From an uncultured bacterium (GTDB taxonomy: Bacteria; Auribacterota; Erginobacteria; Erginobacterales; Erginobacteraceae): 64,000 nt of DNA. The notes under the pieces were generated by a model. The model saw nothing but the letters and a program-made list of their open reading frames with translations. It did not search any database and was not told the DNA's origin. Shown here in pieces: positions 31,397-42,322 of the stretch (position 1 is its first letter; every line of letters begins with the position of its first letter). Location of the stretch: positions 96,001-160,000 of the forward strand of contig CAWGIE010000007.1 in assembly GCA_963822585.1 (NCBI GenBank), read 5' to 3'. A program made the position numbers and the translations under genes.

Positions 31397-32158
31397 ATGA
31401 AAAGGATCGGCATCGGCTTGGCCTGTCTCTTCCTGTTCGGAGGCACGGCTTTCGTTCCCGTCTTCGCCCAGAATGATATCGTGGAGGAAGAGGAAAACAT
31501 CGCTCTCAGCGGGGGGGTGGAGACCGGCATCTATTCCAAGTATATCTGGAGAGGAATGGAGCTGAACGATAAGGGGGTTTTTCAGCCGGAAGCCTGGCTC
31601 TCCCTGTACGACTTCGAAGTGGAGATCTGGGGGAACCTTGATCTGACCGATACCCTGGGCCATAAAGGCAAGATCACCGAAGTAGATTATTCCGCCTCCT
31701 ACACGTATGATTTTGATCTCCTCTCCGCTTCCCTGGTATACGTTTACTACGACTATCCGAACACCGACGAGGAAAAAACCCAGGAGATCGGGGTGGAACT
31801 GGAAGCCGGCGAAGATCTGCAGGTCGGACTAGAGGCGTATTATGATATCGACCAGGCCGAAGGAGCGTATATCAAACCGTCCGTCGGTTACTGTATCGAT
31901 GCCCGGGATCTCCTGGTGACCCCGTCGGTCGGGCTGGGCTGGGCCAGCAAGAAATACAACGAGTACAATTTCGGCGCCTATAAAAATTCGCTGGTGGACC
32001 TGGAGCTGACGGTGAAAGGGGAAGCCGAGCTCTGGAACGGCATCTACCTCACGATGACCGTTGCCTATTACAGCCTTCTCGGAAGCGATCTTCGGAAGGA
32101 AGTGGAAGAGGGGAAAGACGGTTTCTGGGGAGGGGGCAGCCTGGGGTTTGCTTTCTAG
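31397..32158 (+). CDS. Putative outer-membrane beta-barrel (TorF/TIGR02001-like)
   Basis: Signal peptide, SKYIWRG, EVDY, alternating beta strands, terminal Phe. Confidence 0.7.
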   Translation: MKRIGIGLACLFLFGGTAFVPVFAQNDIVEEEENIALSGGVETGIYSKYIWRGMELNDKGVFQPEAWLSLYDFEVEIWGNLDLTDTLGHKGKITEVDYSASYTYDFDLLSASLVYVYYDYPNTDEEKTQEIGVELEAGEDLQVGLEAYYDIDQAEGAYIKPSVGYCIDARDLLVTPSVGLGWASKKYNEYNFGAYKNSLVDLELTVKGEAELWNGIYLTMTVAYYSLLGSDLRKEVEEGKDGFWGGGSLGFAF

Positions 32159-32212
32159 TCGAACACCGGGTATATTGACGGCGACCATTCAATAGAAATT
32201 AGCTTCGCAACC

Positions 32213-32267
32213 GAGGGAGGGCACGGCGGCCCTCCCCTACGTAGGGGCCGACCGCTGTGTCGGCCCG
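32213..32267. repeat. Back-to-back GTAG-family REPs
   Basis: GGGAGGGC..GCCCTCCC-CTAC|GTAG-GGGCCGAC..GTCGGCCC. Confidence 0.7.
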
Positions 32268-32312
32268 ATTTATTGAAATTCCGAAACAGCAAGTTAGCCC
32301 CTTCGGCGCGAC

Positions 32313-32381
32313 GTGTAGTGTAAGGTGTAATGTTTAAAGTGTAATGAAACTTTCTGCTTCACATCTTACACTTCACACTAC
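32313..32381. repeat. GTGTAA(G/T) 7-mer periodic palindromic element
   Basis: GTAGTGTAAGGTGTAATG...CATCTTACACTTCACACTAC. Confidence 0.65.
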
Positions 32382-32460
32382 GTTACTGTGCGCCAGAGGC
32401 GCGTCAGACTCAGGCTGAAAATTCCGAAGCAAGGGCTTCGTAATAGCAACGGGCTGAAGT

Positions 32461-32850
32461 ATGAGCGGTTCGAAAAAAAAGGTCGTGGTCCTGGACGACG
32501 AACAGAATATCGGGCGGCTTCTGGAGTTGATCCTGGAAGTCAATAACTTCGCCGTCAACTGGACGACCACGGTTGATAAGGCCCTGAAACTGGTCGATTC
32601 CAAGAAGCCGGACCTGATCATCTCCGATATCATGCTCCAGGAAAAGTGCGGGTTCGATCTCTACTGGGAACTGCAGAAATCACCCAAAACCTCTTCCATC
32701 CCTTTCATTTTCATTTCCGCCTATCCCGAAGAGTCAGTTGCCGGGCGGGAGAAGATCGAGAAACAACGGGGGGCGAAAGTGGTCTTCCTGGCCAAGCTCT
32801 TCTCCCCGCAAACGCTCCTGCACGCAATCAAGAAGGTGCTCGGCAATTAG
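32461..32850 (+). CDS. Single-domain response regulator (receiver)
   Basis: VLDDE, PDLIISDIML (phospho-Asp), IPFIFISA, LAKLF. Confidence 0.88.
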   Translation: MSGSKKKVVVLDDEQNIGRLLELILEVNNFAVNWTTTVDKALKLVDSKKPDLIISDIMLQEKCGFDLYWELQKSPKTSSIPFIFISAYPEESVAGREKIEKQRGAKVVFLAKLFSPQTLLHAIKKVLGN

Positions 32851-32851
32851 A

Positions 32852-33054
32852 CGCTGCTCAAAAAGGTTTTCGAGCAGGAAATCTTAAATCCTACTATCTA
32901 AATCCTAAATAAATTCTAAATCCAAATTTCAAATGTTCAAAACATCGGTCGCCGGCGCTTTTGTTTTGAATTTATTATTTTGGTCATTCGATATTGTTTA
33001 GGATTTCGTGCTTAGATATTAGGATTTGAGAGCCGGCGAGCTTTTTGAGTAAGG
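32852..33054. repeat. AAATCCT 7-mer periodic palindromic MITE-like element, copy 2
   Basis: Fills the gap between two convergent stops; inverted copy of 16547-16755. Confidence 0.8.
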
Positions 33055-33059
33055 TATAA

Positions 33060-33914
33060 CTAGTCGAAGATCCGGTATCCCAGGCTTTTCCCTCCCGGAA
33101 TGCCCCGGCCGAAGATCAGGCGGACGGTGTGATAGACCACGAAGCACTCGACCGCGAAAGGCAGAAACCCCAGAAATCCCGCCAGAGGCATCTCGAAGAT
33201 TTTAATCCCGGATGTAAAGGGGGCGAGATAGAGCCACTTCGATCCGGCCCAGAAATTCCAGAACTCCCAGAGAAATCCGCAAACCACGCCCGACGCGAAA
33301 AGGGCGGCGAGACGGCGTCCTTCGCCCTGGGTCAGATCGGCCAGGACCGAGTCGGTCCTCGAATAGAGGTTGACCGGGTCGAGAAAAAAGATCCATCCCA
33401 GCCAGATGAAGATGAACAGATAGACGGCGATCCGGGTGGGAAGCAGCATCGGAAGAACCAGGAAAATCATCCCCAGGAGGATCAGAAGGTAGGCCCCGGA
33501 CGGCGAGATCCGGAGCGGGGGCAGCTTGATCCGTTGAAAAAGGCCGAGCATGTCGAATATCTCGGCGGTATAGAAGATTCCGGGCACGATGGTCGCGAAA
33601 GAGAGCGCCATCCCGACATACGTTTCCAGGGGATCGGAGGGAAGATCGACATAGATCCAATTCCGCACATGAAGATTATTCAATTCGAAGACAATCCAGA
33701 AGAGGACGGAGAAACCCGCCTGGTAAACAAAGAGGCGGAAGTTGTTCCTGATAATACTCTTGCCCCGGACACGGAGAATCACCGCGTCCAGGACCAGCAC
33801 ATACCCCCACCAGCAGACCGGCGTCGTCCAGTCAGCCAGACGCGGTGAACCGAACCAGGCGTTCAGCATCCCTCCCAGGACCATCGCTATCCCGATGTAA
33901 AAATAGACTATCAT
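33060..33914 (-). CDS. Conserved integral membrane protein of unknown function
   Basis: About 8 TMs; repeated W..FE..N..W.Y motifs, GFLWEFWNFWA..KW, FEMPLAGFLGF. Confidence 0.75.
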   Translation of the reverse strand: MIVYFYIGIAMVLGGMLNAWFGSPRLADWTTPVCWWGYVLVLDAVILRVRGKSIIRNNFRLFVYQAGFSVLFWIVFELNNLHVRNWIYVDLPSDPLETYVGMALSFATIVPGIFYTAEIFDMLGLFQRIKLPPLRISPSGAYLLILLGMIFLVLPMLLPTRIAVYLFIFIWLGWIFFLDPVNLYSRTDSVLADLTQGEGRRLAALFASGVVCGFLWEFWNFWAGSKWLYLAPFTSGIKIFEMPLAGFLGFLPFAVECFVVYHTVRLIFGRGIPGGKSLGYRIFD

Positions 33915-34200
33915 TTAGTGGTTATTCACTTTTTGTCGTGGTCCAGATTGATAATGATCGTGGAATTAGTTCGTAACCAACTGTTCAAATCCATAAGGGA
34001 ATACCCGGAATCACCAGGAGCACAAACACATTATATTGTTTTAGCTGCTTTTTCAACTTTTTCGGAGGTTTAATAATCGGAGTCCGGGCGCGGCACCTGG
34101 CACAAGTCGCATTCATGTAGTATATTAAATTTGCCGATAACGGGATCGTTCCCGGGCATCCAGGGAAGGGAAACAAAATAAGTTACACCCCCATCGGAAA

Positions 34201-37200
34201 ATGCGCCGAACAGCCGCCATCTGTATCTTTTTCACCGTCTTCCTGGCCCGATTCCCCTCCAGCGGGGTAACCCAGCCCCTCTGGGTGGATCTCGATGGCA
34301 CGGGCGGCCCGGGGGCCTCCGGAACCGGAAGGCGCGGGAGCGGACCGGAGACAGTCCTTTCCTCGGCCAAGGAACTGACGCTGGGTATCGAGATACCGGG
34401 GTTTTACCGGGGTGAGGAACGGCTCGCCGACGGCAAGACATACGCCACGGTCGCGGCGGCCGGCGCCGGCCAGGGCGGAATCGGGATGCCCGATCTCCCC
34501 GTCTTCGGGTCGGTTATCCTGATACCGAACGGTACCGTGCCCGTTTTGACAATCGAACCGGGAAAACCGCGTTTTTTCACTACCACCGAGATCGCCCCGG
34601 TGCAGCCCCCTCCCACCGATGAAGATGACGGCGAGACCCCTCCCTTTCGCAAGAACGCGGGCGTGTATGCCGGCAACCGGGACTATCCGGCCGAGTTCGC
34701 CTCCCTGGAACCGGTCCGGATAATCCGGGGACAGGAATTCGCCATTCTTCACCTCCAGCCCTTCCGCTATCATCCGGCTGGACATCTTTTAAGCGTCTAC
34801 CCGGATCTGCGCGTAACCGTCAGCTTTACCGGGAAGGCCGGGGCGATCCCCCGCCGGCTGGAGAACCGGAATTTTCGGGATCTTTTCCGCCGGACGGCGC
34901 TCAACGCGGACGTGGTCCTGGCGGCGGAAGAGACGCCGGCGCAACGCCTGGCCACGCCGGCGGGAGAGGGAAGCGGGGGCGAGGGCGGATGCGATTACCT
35001 GATTATCGCGCCGCCGGAATTTCAGGCGGCGGCCGAATCGCTGGCCGCCTGGAAAAGAAAGTGCGGGTTTAGAACCTACGTCGCCACCACCGGCGAGACG
35101 GGCGCGACCGCAACCGCCATCCGGGACTTTATCCAGAACGCTTACGACACCTGGGACCCCAGCCCCGCCTATGTCCTCCTGCTGGGGGACGTTGAGTATA
35201 TCCCCACCAACTATGAGACGGTCCATCCCTACGATGGAGACATGATCGGCACCGACCTTTATTTTTCGACGGTGGACGGCGCGGATTACTTCCCGGACAT
35301 CAGTTTGGGGAGGATCTCGGTGGACACGGCCGCGCAGGCGGCCAAAAGGGTGAGCGACATCATCTCCTACGAGAGCGACCCGGTTCTCGACAGCTCGTTC
35401 TATCACACCGCCGCTCTTTGCGCCTACTTCCAGCACGATTCCGACGGGTACGCCGAACGGCGGTTCGCCCAGACGACCGAGGATTTGGCCATCTTCCTCT
35501 CCGACCCTTCCTATCTGGGTGAATACTCGGTCGAGCGGATCTATTATGCCCTCTCGACCGTCGATCCGCGGTACTGGTCGAAAATCTACTTCAGCGGGGG
35601 CCCGGCCGGGGACGCCGGGGATCCGATCCCGGACTATCTTCGCAAGCCGGCTTTCGCCTGGGACGGCAATGGATTCAATATCACGTCCGCGGTCAACGCC
35701 GGGCGCTTCCTGGTCACCCACCGCGATCACGGATCGGCGACCGCCTGGTCCAGCCCCGGTTATCCCGCCTCCCAGGTCAGCGCCCTGACCAACGGCAACC
35801 GCCTCCCGGTGGTCTGGTCCGTCAACTGCCTGACCGGGTTTTTCGACAAGGAGACCTGCGAGAATCCCAGCGCCACCGTCTCTTTCAGCGAATGCTGGGA
35901 ACGGAACCCTTCCGGAGGAGCGGCCGGGATCATCGCCGCCACTCGGGTGAGCTACAGCGGCCATAACGACCGTCTTTTCTGGGGCTGGATCGACGCCGTC
36001 TGGCCCCAATTTCTCGGCAGTTACGCCGGGCACGCTCCCTTTGCCAGCCCGGATTACCGGATGGGGGACGTGCTGAACTACGGCAAGCTTTATTACGCGA
36101 CCACTTACCCGGATTACATCATCCGGAAAGTGGAATTTGAAATTTTCCACTGGTTCGGGGACCCCTCGATGATGATGAGGACCGCCCTGCCCCACGATCT
36201 GGCCGTGGAGCACCCCCTCTCCGTCCGGACCGGGGCGGCAATCGACTTCACCGTGCGGGTGGAGTCCGAAGGCGCGCCCCTGGCCGAGGCGACGGTCGTT
36301 ATCTGCCGCGACAACGCCCCCGATGATTACCGGACCGCGGTGACGGATGAAAACGGCACCGCTCTCTTCGACGGACTGCTTCTCTCCCGGGACGGTGACT
36401 ATGACCTGGTGGTAACCGCTCCCAACTCCGTTCCTTACCAGGGAATCGTCACCGCCGGCCCCGCGCCGACACCGATTCCGGTCCCGACCGGCGACCGGAC
36501 ACCGACACCGGCTCCCCCCCGCCGACGTCGACCGTGCCGCCGATACCGGCGCCGACACCGACCGCCGGGACGCCCTTGGCCTGGCCGGCCGGCGGGGGGA
36601 CGGAGATCGGAAACCTCCTCCCCTCCGGCTACGAGCCGAGCGGTGCTCTCTGGCACGAGCGGATCGGGTCGCTTTTCCTGGTCAGCGATGACGGGTGGAT
36701 CACCCGGGTGAACCCGGACGGGACCGACCCCGTCACCTGGATCCCGGGATCCGACGACCTGGAGGGGATCGCCGTCGCCGACGAAGAGTCAGACTATCTC
36801 TATGTCGGTGACGAAAACCCTGATTCGATCAAGGAATTCGATCTCACGACCGGCGCTTACACCGGGAAAAGCTGGGACCTGACCCCCTGGATGACCGGCG
36901 CTCCCAGCCAGGGGCTGGAAGCGCTGACTTTCGTTCCCAACGGCGATCATCCCTACGCCCTCTCGAACTCCGGAGGCCTTTTTTACGCCGGTCTCCAGGC
37001 GGACGGCCGGATCTATGTCTTCGACGTCGACCTGGCGCACTCCGGCGTCGTTTCGCACGTCGATACCATCGAGCCCTCCCCGGGCCTGACCGATCTCTCC
37101 GGGCTTTTTTACCAGGCCGAGACCGGGGTCCTCTACGCCGTCTTCGACACCGCGAACCTTCTGCTGGAGATGGAGACGGACGGGACGGTGATCGAGGCCT

Positions 37201-38318
37201 TCTCTCTCCCCGGAGACACCCAGGAAGGGGTTACCCTGATGCCCTCCTGCCCGATTTCCGCGACTTCTATCTTTATCGCCGAGGACGCCGGGGAGGTCTG
37301 GCGCTACGACGGATACCCCGTGATCTGTCCGGCCACGCCGATCCCCTCTCCGTCGCCCATTGCCGCCCTGACCCCGACACCGCCTCCGACGATTGCCACC
37401 CCGACTCCCGCCGGATCGCCGACGCCGGTTCCACCGCCACCGGTGACACCGCCACCCCGTCTGTCGCCGTCCCCGACGCCGGTCATTTCCACCATATCCA
37501 CCCCGACGCCGGGACCGGCCCTCCCCACCGCCACCCCGACCCCCCGGCCGATTCCCTCGCGCCCTCACCCCTCTCCCTCTCCTTTGCCGCGGGTCGCCTT
37601 TGATTACAACGGAGACGGGACCTCCGACATCGCCGTTTTCCGGGCCGGGAACGGCCTCTGGGCGGTCCGGGGCGTGACCAGGGCCTATTTCGGAGGGGAA
37701 GGGGATGAACCGGTCCCCGGCGATTACTGCGGGGACGGCTGTACTTCGATCGCCGTCTTCCGTCCGTCCGACGGCCTCTGGGCAGTCCGCGGCCAGGATC
37801 GTATTTATTTCGGACAGGACGGCGATATCCCCGTCCCCGCTGATTATAACGGTGACGGGGTCGATGAGATCGCCCTCTTCCGGGAAGGAGCGGGCCTCTG
37901 GGCGATCAGGGATGGGCAACGGGTTTATTTCGGCGCCGCCGGGGACCAGCCGGTCCCCGGCGATTACGATGGAGACGGCACCGATGAGATCGCCCTTTTC
38001 CGGGAGGAAAGCGGGCTCTGGGCGATCAGAAACGGGCAACGGGTCTACTTCGGCACGGACGGGGACTGGCCCGTTCCCGGCGATTACGACGGGGACGGGG
38101 ACTGCGAGATCGCCATCTTCCGTTCCGGCCTCTGGGCGATCCGGGGCGGCGACCGGATTTATTTCGGCAACGGGAACGACTGGCCCGTACCCGGGCAATA
38201 CGATGGGTCGGGACGGATGGTACCCGCCGTCTTCCGGGAAGGGCAAGGGCTCTGGACGGCCCGGGGTGTTTTCAGGGCCTACTTTGGAACCGCGGGGGAC
38301 CTCCCCGCGACCAGGTAA
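34201..38318 (+). CDS. Secreted C25 (gingipain-like) cysteine peptidase with propeptide, SdiA-regulated-like propeller, Pro/Thr linkers and six FG-GAP-like repeats; frameshifted at 36514-36520
   Basis: YVLLLGD, GRISV, HRDHGS (His), VNCLTG (Cys), WFGDPS; adding one C to the C7 run joins ORFs 34201-36711 and 36534-38318. Confidence 0.8.
37602..38315 (+). repeat. Six coding repeats of about 120 bp (DYxGDG..IAxFR..GLWAxR..R.YFG..D.PVP)
   Basis: Visible in both DNA and translation. Confidence 0.85.
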
Positions 38319-38332
38319 CACGGCATCCCGAT

Positions 38333-40267
38333 TCAGGTTTCCCGGTTCTCGATCGTGATCGGGGGCATCATTATCTTGCCGGGGAAGCCGAGGACCCGGG
38401 AGTAAAAGAACAATTCGACGGCCAGCGCCTGCCGGATCGTCTCCGCCCGGCGAAAGCCGTGTTCCTCATTATCGAAGTAGAGCGCCTTCACTCGTATTTT
38501 TTTCGTCCGCAGCGCCTCTACCATTACCGCTGTCTGGACGGGGGGGACGACCTTATCATTCATCCCCTGGAAGAAGATGACCGGGCAGGAGATCTTATCC
38601 GGGAAGTGGACCGGCGAGCGATTGTAGTAGAGGTCCCGGCGTTCCGGAAAGGGACCGACCAGCGTATCCAGGTACTTCGCTTCGAACTTGTGGGTATCTT
38701 CAAGGAGCAGTTCCAGATCGCTGACGCCGTAATAGACGGCCCCAACTCGGAAGATGTCGTGAAAGGCGAGGGCGCAGAGCGTGGTAAAGCCCCCGGCGCT
38801 CCCGCCCCGGATCGCCATCCGGTCCCTGTCAACCAGGCCCCGCCGGGCCAGAAAAGCCGCTCCCCGTACGCAGTCTTCGACATCCGCTATCCCCCATTGA
38901 CCATAGAGCCGGCGGCGATATTTCCGGCCGTAACCGGTGGACCCGCGGTAATTCACGTCCAGCACCGCCCAGCCCCGGCTCGTCCAGAACTGGATCTTCA
39001 GCTTGAGGGCGCTCCCGGAGGCGCCGGTGGGCCCGGTGTGCATCACCACCAGCAGCGGGGGCAGCTCACCGTCGGAGGGGGAGAAATCACGGTTTCGGGG
39101 GGGGTAGAAGAAACCGTAAGCGGTCTCACCCTCGCCGGTGGGGAACTCGATCGGCGAGGGCGACGAGAGGTAACCGGGATCGAACTCTACCTCGCTCTCG
39201 CTCCTGATTATCTCCATTGTCTCCTTCCCGGGTTTGTACCGGATAACCGCGGGCAGCGACACCGGCGAGGAAGCGATAAAAGCCGCTTTCGGCACGCCGA
39301 CTCCCCCGGCCCGGATTCCGGTGATCTCGGTATAGGGCGTCGGTATCTCCCGGAGGCGGCCGGTCGCGGCGGACAAGATACCCAGTGTCCAGATTCCCTT
39401 CCGGGCGAAGGCGCAGACGATCTCCTCCTCCGAAAGAAAAGCGTAGGTGGACATCCCGAAGTTCCACTGGGGAAGGCCGAACTCGGCTTCCAGCGGGCAG
39501 ACCGGTATTATTCCGTCCTTTTTCGTTTTGTAGATATTCCACCACCCACTCCGGTCGGAGATAAAGTAAAGGACCCCTTTCGGCGACCACTCCGGCTGGA
39601 AAACAGACTCGGCGGGACCTCCCGCCAGCAGCCGAGCGGTACCGGGCAACCCGTCCCCGTCCAGTTCCGACAGCCGCAGTTCGGTTCCGTCCCAGGGCAT
39701 CCGGGGAAAGTTCCAGGTGAGAAAGGCCAGTCGGACGCCGTCGGGGCTGAGGCGGGGAGAAGAGTAAAAATCATTTCCCGAGAAGAGAACTTCTACCGGG
39801 CGGCGTCCATCCGGATCGATCGCGACCAGGGTGTTTTCCGGCAGCGGTGACTCCCCGGTGTGGTCTTCCCGGACGCAGATCAGGCGCCGGCGGCGGGGAT
39901 CAAAGACAAGATCGGCATAGCGATAGTTCCCTTCCGGGGTGATCGGCCGGGGGGTACCTCCGGGGGATAATCGGTAGAGACGGCCGTCAGCGGCGTTGGA
40001 GAAAAAGATCTCGCCCCCGGACACGGTGTAGGCCCCCCCACCGTAATCGTGGACGCGGGAACGGGCGCTGAAAGGAGGAGGGAGGAGGTCGGAGATCTCG
40101 CCGGAGGGTGTTTTCCGGACGATAACGCAGCGGCCGTTCTCGGCCGGGCGCGTCTCCAGCCAGTAGATGTCATCGCCGTCGAGGACAATCTCATCCAGCC
40201 CGATGCTCCGGGAGGCGATCAGGCCGGTGGTAATCGGGGATGTCCAGGACCCGCAGGGCGCCTTCAT
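38333..40267 (-). CDS. S9-family prolyl oligopeptidase / acylaminoacyl peptidase
   Basis: PCGSWTSPI, VNYRGSTGYGR, GGSAGG (Ser), DKVV (Asp), EEHGFR (His). Confidence 0.92.
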   Translation of the reverse strand: MKAPCGSWTSPITTGLIASRSIGLDEIVLDGDDIYWLETRPAENGRCVIVRKTPSGEISDLLPPPFSARSRVHDYGGGAYTVSGGEIFFSNAADGRLYRLSPGGTPRPITPEGNYRYADLVFDPRRRRLICVREDHTGESPLPENTLVAIDPDGRRPVEVLFSGNDFYSSPRLSPDGVRLAFLTWNFPRMPWDGTELRLSELDGDGLPGTARLLAGGPAESVFQPEWSPKGVLYFISDRSGWWNIYKTKKDGIIPVCPLEAEFGLPQWNFGMSTYAFLSEEEIVCAFARKGIWTLGILSAATGRLREIPTPYTEITGIRAGGVGVPKAAFIASSPVSLPAVIRYKPGKETMEIIRSESEVEFDPGYLSSPSPIEFPTGEGETAYGFFYPPRNRDFSPSDGELPPLLVVMHTGPTGASGSALKLKIQFWTSRGWAVLDVNYRGSTGYGRKYRRRLYGQWGIADVEDCVRGAAFLARRGLVDRDRMAIRGGSAGGFTTLCALAFHDIFRVGAVYYGVSDLELLLEDTHKFEAKYLDTLVGPFPERRDLYYNRSPVHFPDKISCPVIFFQGMNDKVVPPVQTAVMVEALRTKKIRVKALYFDNEEHGFRRAETIRQALAVELFFYSRVLGFPGKIMMPPITIENRET

Positions 40268-40275
40268 GAATTCTC

Positions 40276-40373
40276 GTGATCGGTAATCAGTGACCGGTAA
40301 TCGGTATCGGGCGCCCGCGGCACTGATTACCGATTACTGATTACTGATTACTGATTACTGATTACTGGTTACT
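40276..40373. repeat. GTAATCA 7-mer periodic palindromic element
   Basis: GTGATCGGTAATCAGTGACCGGTAATCGG...CTGATTA x7. Confidence 0.85.
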
Positions 40374-40422
40374 TGAAGTTATTGGCTCAGGGGTGGAATA
40401 TAATCTGCCGCTAACTGATTAT

Positions 40423-41538
40423 TCATCCCACCAGTCCTTTCTCCTTCAGCTCCTCCGTCGCCCGGTCGCCCAGGTCGTTTGCCTCGGCCGTCTCGCTCCA
40501 CTCGATCAGCTCCTGGAACCCGTCCTCCAGACTGACCCGAGGCTCGAATCCGAGGTCCTCCCGGATCCGGCTGATGTCCGCGAAGCAGTGGCGGACGTCG
40601 CCCTTGCGGAACTTGCCCACGATCTCGGGCTCGATCTCCTTGCCGAGGAGGGCGTTCAGGGTCCGGGCGATATCGAGGACCGAGATCTGGCGGCCGGCGC
40701 CGACGTTGTAGATCTTCTGGTTGGCCTTCTCGCTCTCCATGGCCATGATGTTAGCCCGGACGATATCGTGTACCGAGATGAAATCCCGGCTCTGGAGCCC
40801 GTCCTCGAAGACAATCGGGGGATGATCGTTGAGGAGACGGCTCATGAAGATGGCGGCCACCCCGGTGTAGGGGTTGGAGAGGGACTGCCGGGGGCCGAAG
40901 ACGTTGAAACGACGCATCGCCACCACCGGCAACCCGTAGGTCTGGCCGAAGAGCATGACCATGTCTTCCTGGTCCTTCTTGGCCAGGGCGTAGTAGGAGT
41001 TGATCTCCTGGAGCTTGCTCTCCGGCGTCGGGATGGGACGGGCCGCCGCGCCGCACTTCGGGCAGTAGACCTCGAAATCGCCGGCCGCCATCTGCTCGTC
41101 CGTCCGCAGCGGCGGGGCCACCCGGCCGCAGTTCGGGCACTCGTACGCCCCTTCCCCGTAGGTACTCATCGAGGAGGCGACGATCAGCTTGCCGACTTTG
41201 TTCTTCCGGTTGACCAGGATGTCGAGGAGGTTGGCGGTCCCCAGGGTGTTGGCCTCCATGTAGCGCTTGATCTGGTACATCGACTGGCCGACGCCGACCA
41301 TGGCCGCGTCGTGGCAGACGACATCGACCCCTTCCACCGCTTTTGCCAAAGCGTCGTAGTTAAGGACGGACTCCCGGATGAACTCCGCCTCCGTATTAAG
41401 ATAGTCGGGGACTTTCCCCCCGGGATGGACCTGGGGCTCGATGTTGTCGTAGATCCGGACCTCGTGTCCCTGCTTGATCAGTTCATCAACCAGGAAACTC
41501 CCGATAAAACCGGCCCCGCCGGTGCAGAGAATCTTCAT
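40423..41538 (-). CDS. NAD-dependent epimerase/dehydratase (extended SDR) with CxxC..CxxC insert
   Basis: TGGAGFIGS, ASSMSTYG, YALAK, FNVFGP, RDFI. Confidence 0.9.
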   Translation of the reverse strand: MKILCTGGAGFIGSFLVDELIKQGHEVRIYDNIEPQVHPGGKVPDYLNTEAEFIRESVLNYDALAKAVEGVDVVCHDAAMVGVGQSMYQIKRYMEANTLGTANLLDILVNRKNKVGKLIVASSMSTYGEGAYECPNCGRVAPPLRTDEQMAAGDFEVYCPKCGAAARPIPTPESKLQEINSYYALAKKDQEDMVMLFGQTYGLPVVAMRRFNVFGPRQSLSNPYTGVAAIFMSRLLNDHPPIVFEDGLQSRDFISVHDIVRANIMAMESEKANQKIYNVGAGRQISVLDIARTLNALLGKEIEPEIVGKFRKGDVRHCFADISRIREDLGFEPRVSLEDGFQELIEWSETAEANDLGDRATEELKEKGLVG

Positions 41539-41701
41539 TTAATACTCCTTCTGTTGTTTCACGAAAAAGGTAAATCAATAACGTTTTTAGAACAGTAAGT
41601 CAACCGGGGAGTTGCGGGAGGGGATTACGTTCAGTCGAATCAATCACAACTCGCGGTGCGGTCAATATGTCAATCCTCGGCAAGTTCCCAATCGTTTCCT
41701 C

Positions 41702-41983
41702 TTACCTGTTTTTCAGGTAACTTGACAGATCTCGATAGTAATTCTCGTGTGGACCGATCATTATCAATTCAAGGTTACCGCCGACGAAGCGATAGGCAAG
41801 AAGATACTGTGTGGTATGTATCTTGAACTTGTGGACAAAAACACCCCTGAGATCGCCTTTCTTCTCTTCTCCTATCGCCGGGTCTTCAACGATCTTTCGA
41901 ATCTGCCGGTCAAGAATTAGCTTTTCCCGTTTAGGAAATCGCCGGACCTTCTTTCTAAACGATCTTGATTGGATGATCTGCAT
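41702..41983 (-). CDS. ParE-like (RelE/ParE) toxin
   Basis: PAIGEEKKGDLRGVFVHKF..LLAY..GPHENYYRDL. Confidence 0.85.
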   Translation of the reverse strand: MQIIQSRSFRKKVRRFPKREKLILDRQIRKIVEDPAIGEEKKGDLRGVFVHKFKIHTTQYLLAYRFVGGNLELIMIGPHENYYRDLSSYLKNR

Positions 41984-41989
41984 GCCGGA

Positions 41990-42208
41990 TCAATCGAATT
42001 CGTATTCCGAAGATTCGCCCCGTTCCAGTTCCTCGACCCCGATCATGATTTCCTTTATCAAGGCATACGTCAGGTCGGGGTTTTCCTCGGAGCACTTTCC
42101 GATTTTGGCCCAGTACTCGATCTGGCCGGTGACGGAACGGTTGTCCACGGCGCTGACCAGCCGTGCTTCCCTCACCAATTTGTCGGAAACTCTTACTGCC
42201 GTAGTCAT
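41990..42208 (-). CDS. ParD-like antitoxin
   Basis: AVRVSDKLV..RSVTGQIEYWAKIGK..EENPDL; GGAG RBS. Confidence 0.85.
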   Translation of the reverse strand: MTTAVRVSDKLVREARLVSAVDNRSVTGQIEYWAKIGKCSEENPDLTYALIKEIMIGVEELERGESSEYEFD

Positions 42209-42248
42209 GGTGAAATCTCCTCTCTCAAGTTTATTACAAAATACAATG

Positions 42249-42269
42249 TAATGCTGCATTATGCAACAT
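42249..42269. promoter_or_regulatory. TA promoter/operator with overlapping palindromes
   Basis: TAATGC-T-GCATTA overlapping ATGCTGCAT-T-ATGCAACAT; TTGCAT -35-like hexamer on the - strand. Confidence 0.5.
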
Positions 42270-42322
42270 AAATATCTTGAGTCAGGGCTATTGGAATTTT
42301 AACATTGAGGAAAACTGCGGGA

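Noticed and set aside
34789..36558. Long antisense or alternate-frame ORFs (also 7895-8992, 24760-26217, 38459-39850, 40393-41598, 61366-62892)
   Set aside because: Shadows of well-supported genes caused by high-GC codon bias; no recognisable motifs
37330..37590. Low-complexity CCGAC-rich DNA
   Set aside because: Encodes an ordinary Pro/Thr linker
41040..41150. CxxC..CxxC insert in the epimerase as a novelty
   Set aside because: As far as I recall this is common in this extended-SDR subfamily
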